Assembly (NCBI GenBank): GCA_016187225.1
Contig: JACPKC010000004.1
Span: 17,004 to 81,003, forward strand
Direction: 5' to 3'
Origin: Candidatus Berkelbacteria bacterium
Lineage (GTDB): Bacteria > Patescibacteriota > UBA1384 > JACPKC01
Length of the DNA: 64,000 nt
The position numbers and the translations under genes were made by a program. Of the stretch, positions 59,144 through 64,000 are shown in pieces. Within the stretch, counting starts at the first letter, position 1. Every line of letters starts with the position of its first letter. A model generated the notes under the pieces. The model had not been told where the DNA came from and did not search any database. It saw only the letters and a program-made list of their open reading frames with translations.

Positions 59144-60034
59144 TTACTTACTGTTTATCCTTTTCCGACCATGGAAAGCTTTGTGGACCTCGTGGAGATG
59201 CTGATCGGTGAGATGAGTGTACCGCTGAGTTGTGGCCACCGAGGAATGACCCAGTAGCGCCTGGACTGATCTCAAATCAGCCCCGGATCGGAGTAAATCT
59301 GTTCCGAAAGAATGGCGCAATGTATGCGGAGTAACGTGTTCAGCCAAACCGGCTTGGGCCGCGTAGCCTTGAATTAAACGCTGGATAGTTCTTGGAGTGA
59401 GTCGCCCCCCGCTTTCTCCGTTCCGCTTGATCCTTACAAAAAGCGCCGGATCATCATCTGTTCGCGCGGCGACATATGTTTTAATGGCGCTTTGAGCGCC
59501 AGGAGAGAGAAAGACGACTCGGCGTTTTCTGCCCTTCCCCACCACACTCACCTCTTCCCTATTTTCCACTTCTTGGCGGTCGAGCCGCACGAGTTCGGCC
59601 ACACGCAAACCGGTTGAAAAGAGCGTCTCCAGAATCGCTTGGTCTCTCTTTCCTTTTTGGACGCGAAGATTAGGCGCGGCTAAGAGTTTGGCGAGATGCT
59701 CTCTGTCCAAAAAATTTACTTCAATCGTTTCGGCGCCCGGTAGGTCAATTCTTTCGCTTGAAAGAGTTCGGATATTTTGTTTTGCCAGCCAACCCAAGAG
59801 CGCTCTTAGGGCAACGAGGTGGTAATTCTGTGTCGCGCGACTCAATTCACGTTCGTTTAATTTTAGCCGATAGGTTCGAACATGCTCGTCGGTGAGTGCG
59901 CCGACATTTATGTTATGTGTGAAGTCTAGAAAACGGCCTAAATAGTGCTCATAGTTTTCAATTGTTCGCGGTGCTAGGCCTTGTGCGAGTTCGCAATCTT
60001 CTAAAAAACGTCGAATTGCTTGAGAAAGTTGCAT
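59144..60034 (-). CDS. xerC: tyrosine recombinase XerC/XerD
   Basis: Active-site R..HTLRHSFGTDLLRSGADLRSVQALLGH..Y. Start taken at MQLSQAIRRFLE; the track ORF starts 30 nt further upstream. Confidence 0.85.
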   Translation of the reverse strand: MQLSQAIRRFLEDCELAQGLAPRTIENYEHYLGRFLDFTHNINVGALTDEHVRTYRLKLNERELSRATQNYHLVALRALLGWLAKQNIRTLSSERIDLPGAETIEVNFLDREHLAKLLAAPNLRVQKGKRDQAILETLFSTGLRVAELVRLDRQEVENREEVSVVGKGRKRRVVFLSPGAQSAIKTYVAARTDDDPALFVRIKRNGESGGRLTPRTIQRLIQGYAAQAGLAEHVTPHTLRHSFGTDLLRSGADLRSVQALLGHSSVATTQRYTHLTDQHLHEVHKAFHGRKRINSK

Positions 60035-60066
60035 CGCGGGTATTATAGCATGTACCATACTCATAT

Positions 60067-60681
60067 ATGTTGAATTTTTTACTTGCGGTCGACCAACTCG
60101 ACCGATCTTTACTTAAAAACGTCAATAGTTTGGTTGGCATTTCGTCGGCCCTCGATCTTGTTTTGCGCGTGATAGCTGAATGGTTTATTTACCTTACGCC
60201 GCTTCTGCTCCTTGGCGCGTGGTTTTGGCTTCGTTTTAGCGCCCGCTCTCAAAATTGGCTGACAGATCGCATTCGACTCGTTGAGTTCACAGCCGCCGGA
60301 CTGCTCGCCTGGCAGATTTTGAGCCGGATTATTAAGGCATTTTACTTTAGAGAGCGCCCCATCTCGGCTGGCAATGGCGTCAAGGAAGTTTTTTTTCATC
60401 GCCCCGATGAATCTTTTCCTTCTGATCATGCGGCCTTCCTATTTGCGCTCACTGCTTACGCCTATCTTCTTGGTTGGCGTCGCGTCGGTCACGCGCTTTT
60501 ACTGGTTAGCCTTTTGATCTCTTCTGCTAGGATTATCACGGGCACTCATTGGTTTAGCGATATTCTAGCGGGGACGCTCCTCGGCATCGCAAGCGCGTTT
60601 TTGCTCTGGAAATTTAGGGTTCAATTCAGACATTACTTTGCCGCACCCGTTACACGCTTAATAAATAATTTAGGGCTCTAA
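60067..60681 (+). CDS. PAP2-family phosphatase (undecaprenyl-diphosphatase-like)
   Basis: The three PAP2 motifs: KAFYFRERP, PSDHAA, SRIITGTHWFSD. Confidence 0.7.
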   Translation: MLNFLLAVDQLDRSLLKNVNSLVGISSALDLVLRVIAEWFIYLTPLLLLGAWFWLRFSARSQNWLTDRIRLVEFTAAGLLAWQILSRIIKAFYFRERPISAGNGVKEVFFHRPDESFPSDHAAFLFALTAYAYLLGWRRVGHALLLVSLLISSARIITGTHWFSDILAGTLLGIASAFLLWKFRVQFRHYFAAPVTRLINNLGL

Positions 60682-60727
60682 ACGATGAAGTTATTGTGCA
60701 TCTTCATGTCATCGCGAGGGCGCAACT

Positions 60728-61354
60728 GTGGCGATCCCGAATATCGCGAGGACTCAAATGTTTGATTTTGAACTTACTGAACTCATTAAAACAGTCGGAC
60801 TCCTGGGTGTTTTTGGGATCGTTTTTGCCGAATCGGGCTTATTGATAGGTTTTTTCCTACCCGGTGATAGCTTGCTTTTTACAGCTGGTTTTTTAGCCTC
60901 GCAAGGTTATTTAAATCTTAGCCTCTTGATCGTCGGCAGTTTTGTGGCGGCAGTGATTGGCGATAGCGTCGGCTACGCCTTTGGCAAAAACATCGGCCCA
61001 GCGCTTTTTAAGCGCGCCAATAGTCGCTGGTTTAAGCAGGAGCATTTAATTCGCGCTCGTGAGTTCTATGCTAAGTACGGCGGTCGGACGATCGTGCTGG
61101 CCAGATTTATACCTTTCATTCGAACATTTGCCCCGATCGTGGCAGGGATCAGCGAGATGGGTTATCAAACTTTCATCTTGTATAATCTTATTGGCGGAGC
61201 GCTCTGGGCAGTTGGCGTGCCGTTTTTGGGCTATTTTTTAGGGAGTATCATACCGAATGTGGATCAATTGCTTTTGCCAATTATCGCAACTATTATCTTA
61301 GTTTCTATTCTGCCACCAATCGTAGAATATATGAGACGTCGCAAGAAAGGCTGA
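60728..61354 (+). CDS. DedA-family membrane protein
   Basis: VFAESGLLIGFFLPGDSLLFTAGFLAS DedA signature. Confidence 0.8.
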   Translation: MAIPNIARTQMFDFELTELIKTVGLLGVFGIVFAESGLLIGFFLPGDSLLFTAGFLASQGYLNLSLLIVGSFVAAVIGDSVGYAFGKNIGPALFKRANSRWFKQEHLIRAREFYAKYGGRTIVLARFIPFIRTFAPIVAGISEMGYQTFILYNLIGGALWAVGVPFLGYFLGSIIPNVDQLLLPIIATIILVSILPPIVEYMRRRKKG

Positions 61355-61355
61355 C

Positions 61356-62630
61356 ATGAATTTTACACGTTCTACGTTCGTGAATGGTATAAGAATTTTA
61401 ACAGCGCCCCAACATGAAACGAAGGCGATGACTCTGCTCTTTCTAGTTGGCGCTGGTTCGCGTTTTGAAAACCCGACTCAAAACGGCATCTCGCATTTTT
61501 TGGAGCATATTTTATTTAAAGGCACGGAAAAATATCCAAGCCCACAGGCGCTAGCTGAAACACTCGACGGTATCGGTGCGGCCTTTAATGCCTATACGTC
61601 AGAAGAGTATACGGGTTTTTATGTGCAAGCGGCGGCTGAACATTTTTTGCTTGCGCTTGATGTGCTCCACCAGATGTTTTATCACCCTTGTTATGCCGAA
61701 GCGGATATTGAGCGTGAAAAGGGTGTTATCATTGAGGAGATAAATATGTATCGCGATCTACCTCAACGTCATGTCTGGGATGTCCTAAAATCCTTGTTGT
61801 ATGGCGACACGCCGCTGGGACGAAATATCGCTGGTAGCAAAGAAACTGTCACCAGCTTTACACATACTACGTTCGTAGATTACCAAAAAGATTTTTACAC
61901 GCCTGATAATCTTATTTTGGCAGTCGCCGGTAATCCCGCCACTTATGACTGGCAAAAAGAAATTCAAAATTTATTTGCGCAAAAACAGGGCAAACGCATA
62001 AAACAATTTGATCACGTTCGTATAATAAGTAGCGCACCACAAGTGCGAGTCGAAAACCGCCAGACCGATCAAACTCATCTTGCGCTCGCCCTGCCGGCCA
62101 TTAAAGAAACCGATGAGCGTTTGCCAATTCTGGCAATCTTAAACACAATTCTGGGTGGCTCGATGAGTTCGCGGCTTTTCAATGAGGTGCGTGAAAAAAG
62201 GGGCTTGGCCTACTATGTGCGCTCAAGTGTTGATACTTATCACGACACCGGTAATCTCGTCATTGCAACCGGGGTGCGCAACTCGCATGCGCAAGAGGCG
62301 ATCAAAGTGATTTTGAATGAACTCGATCTCTTGCGTCGCAAGCCCATTTTGCCTGCTGAACTTAAAAAGGCTCAGGAGCATTTTAAGGGCAAACTCGCGC
62401 TCGAACTTGAGTCGTCGTCTGAAATTTCGGCTTTTCTAGCGCAACAAGAACTTTATTATCGTCAGCAATTTCAGCCTGAAGAGTTAATCGCTAAAATTGA
62501 AGCCGTGACGACAAAGCAAGTGCAAGAACTCGCGGAAGAGCTCTTTGTCTCGAGTCGACTAAACCTGGCAGCGATTGGTCCATTTGAGGAATCAGATTTC
62601 CTGCCAATCCTTGAGCGAGTCTTTACGTGA
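61356..62630 (+). CDS. M16-family zinc peptidase (insulinase-like)
   Basis: HFLEH inverted zinc motif, followed by a downstream Glu region. Confidence 0.8.
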   Translation: MNFTRSTFVNGIRILTAPQHETKAMTLLFLVGAGSRFENPTQNGISHFLEHILFKGTEKYPSPQALAETLDGIGAAFNAYTSEEYTGFYVQAAAEHFLLALDVLHQMFYHPCYAEADIEREKGVIIEEINMYRDLPQRHVWDVLKSLLYGDTPLGRNIAGSKETVTSFTHTTFVDYQKDFYTPDNLILAVAGNPATYDWQKEIQNLFAQKQGKRIKQFDHVRIISSAPQVRVENRQTDQTHLALALPAIKETDERLPILAILNTILGGSMSSRLFNEVREKRGLAYYVRSSVDTYHDTGNLVIATGVRNSHAQEAIKVILNELDLLRRKPILPAELKKAQEHFKGKLALELESSSEISAFLAQQELYYRQQFQPEELIAKIEAVTTKQVQELAEELFVSSRLNLAAIGPFEESDFLPILERVFT

Positions 62631-62724
62631 AGCAATTTACCGCTTACTATTTCATTGATCGTCACACTTCGCTCGCGATTACATGTAAAAGGAAGAGTAA
62701 GGAAGCCCCAATCAGAAAGGCACT

Positions 62725-63201
62725 ATGAATACAACTGAACGAACGGTCGTAATCATTAAACCCGATGGTGTTCAGCGGGGGATTATCGGCGAGATTTTGC
62801 ATCGTTTTGAGCGCCGCGGCTTGAAGCTAATTGGGATGAAGTTTCTCAAACTCCCAGTCGAACTCCTTGAGGAACATTACGCCCATCACAAAGACAAGCC
62901 CTTTTTCTCCAAGCTGATTGCCTTCATGACTTCAGCGCCGGCGCTGGCGATGGTTTTAGAAGGTAAGGATGGTGTGAATGTTGTTCGGGCAATGACAGGC
63001 CCGACTAAAGGCACAGATGCGTTTCCCGGCACGATTAGAGGTGATTTTGCTCTGTCGCATCAACAGAATGTTATTCATGCTTCAGAGAGTATTGAGATTG
63101 CGAACCAGGAAGTAAAACGTTTTTTCGACGACCGTGAACTTTTTGACGACTATCAACGCGCTGATTGGCCGATGGTTTACGCCGAAGATGAACGAAATTA
63201 A
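62725..63201 (+). CDS. ndk: nucleoside-diphosphate kinase
   Basis: ERTVVIIKPDGVQRG and the NVIHASES active-site His. Confidence 0.9.
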   Translation: MNTTERTVVIIKPDGVQRGIIGEILHRFERRGLKLIGMKFLKLPVELLEEHYAHHKDKPFFSKLIAFMTSAPALAMVLEGKDGVNVVRAMTGPTKGTDAFPGTIRGDFALSHQQNVIHASESIEIANQEVKRFFDDRELFDDYQRADWPMVYAEDERN

Positions 63202-63320
63202 CGCATCTATGATTAAGTGTAAGAAATTGCCCAAACAATTTTCTTTACGCAAGTCAGCTCGCGTTCAATCTGCATCAACAGCCTCACGCCACGCCCGAAA
63301 TGTTGACAAATAATTGACGA

Positions 63321-64000
63321 TGAACATCTCGCAACTTTTGATTCCCTTCTTTGCCGCCGTTTTAGTTTCGCTTAGCCTCACCCCATTAGTTAGGAAGCTT
63401 GCTCTTATTTGGGGCGCAATTGCCAAACCCGGCGGGCGACATATTCATGTTCGCACCACACCTAAACTCGGTGGTTTGGCGATCATCGGCAGTTTTTTCA
63501 CGGTCGTAGTTTATATACTCATAACCAATCCAAGCCAGCTTCATTTCGTCGACATGGCCATTCTCGGTCTTGATGCAAATCTTTTTGGAGTGCTCGCGGG
63601 CGCTTTGATTCTCGTTGCACTGGGTGTGGTTGATGACAAATACGATCTGCCGCCGCGTGTTAAACTTCTCTTTCAAATGATCGCAACTCTCACAGTAGTT
63701 CTCTTTGGCGTAAAAATTTGGTGGGTGAGTCATCCATTCGGTGGCCCCGATATTCTCCTTGGCAACTGGACATATCTTATCGTCCCGCTTTGGCTTCTGG
63801 CAATGATCAATGTGATGAATTGGTTCGATGGCTTGGATGGCTTGACTTCGGGTCTCTCCATTATCGCGAGCCTTGCCATTGCTTTCCTTGCCCTGGAGCC
63901 GTTTGTCGATCAACCCGCAACCGCTCTTCTGGCGATCATTCTCGCTGGCGCTACTTTGGGTTTTCTACCCTTCAACTGGAACCCAGCCTCGATTTTTCTT
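63321..64000 (+). CDS. polyprenyl-phosphate sugar-1-phosphate transferase, WecA/MraY family (3' end outside the window)
   Basis: AKPGGRHIHVRTTPKLGGLAI and NVMNWFDGLDGL motifs with multiple TMs. The track does not list it because it has no stop within the window. Confidence 0.7.

Noticed and set aside
63386-63913. 175-aa minus-strand ORF
   Set aside because: It lies inside the plus-strand WecA/MraY-family gene, which has clear motifs. Its translation looks like antisense junk, with Cys/His-rich low complexity.

Overview
The 64 kb window reads as bacterial chromosome, about 50% GC and densely coded, with strong AGGAGG-type ribosome-binding sites. Several traits suggest a Gram-positive-type or Patescibacteria (CPR)-like organism, though this is inference: a split transketolase, a minimal non-oxidative pentose-phosphate and glycolysis operon, a sortase with a giant LPXTG surface protein, many secreted beta-propeller proteins, and no outer-membrane genes. 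Housekeeping genes I am confident about are a partial DEAD-box helicase, glmS, rpiB, an rpe-like gene, tktN and tktC, fba, sufS-like plus a ferredoxin, a LOG protein, manA, a VIT1 transporter, ftsH, hppA, pyrG, a phosphomannomutase, trpS, groES and groEL with a terminator, a MacB-type ABC pair, efp, rpsR-ssb-rpsF, ychF, xerC/D, a PAP2 phosphatase, DedA, an M16 peptidase, ndk, and a partial WecA/MraY-family transferase. There are five tRNA genes: Gln-CUG, Met-CAU, an atypical second CAU tRNA, Glu-CUC, and an unusual Ile-UAU. I found no CRISPR array, no transposase and no rRNA. The most unusual locus is a 230-nt GC-rich, palindrome-dense element at about 20110-20340, just upstream of manA. On the minus strand it carries a perfect ribosome-binding site, a 77-aa atypical ORF and an intrinsic terminator, and I cannot assign it to any RNA or protein family I know. 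Other loci worth a second look are the tRNA-Ile(UAU) gene, a macro-domain gene overlapping a dual-nuclease (DUF2779-like) gene, three small ORFs between ychF and xerC, the sortase/LPXTG pair, and a 480-nt gene-free spacer at 691-1171 that may hold a small RNA. The features and findings below give the evidence for each. Coordinates for tRNAs and small elements may be off by 1-2 nt.
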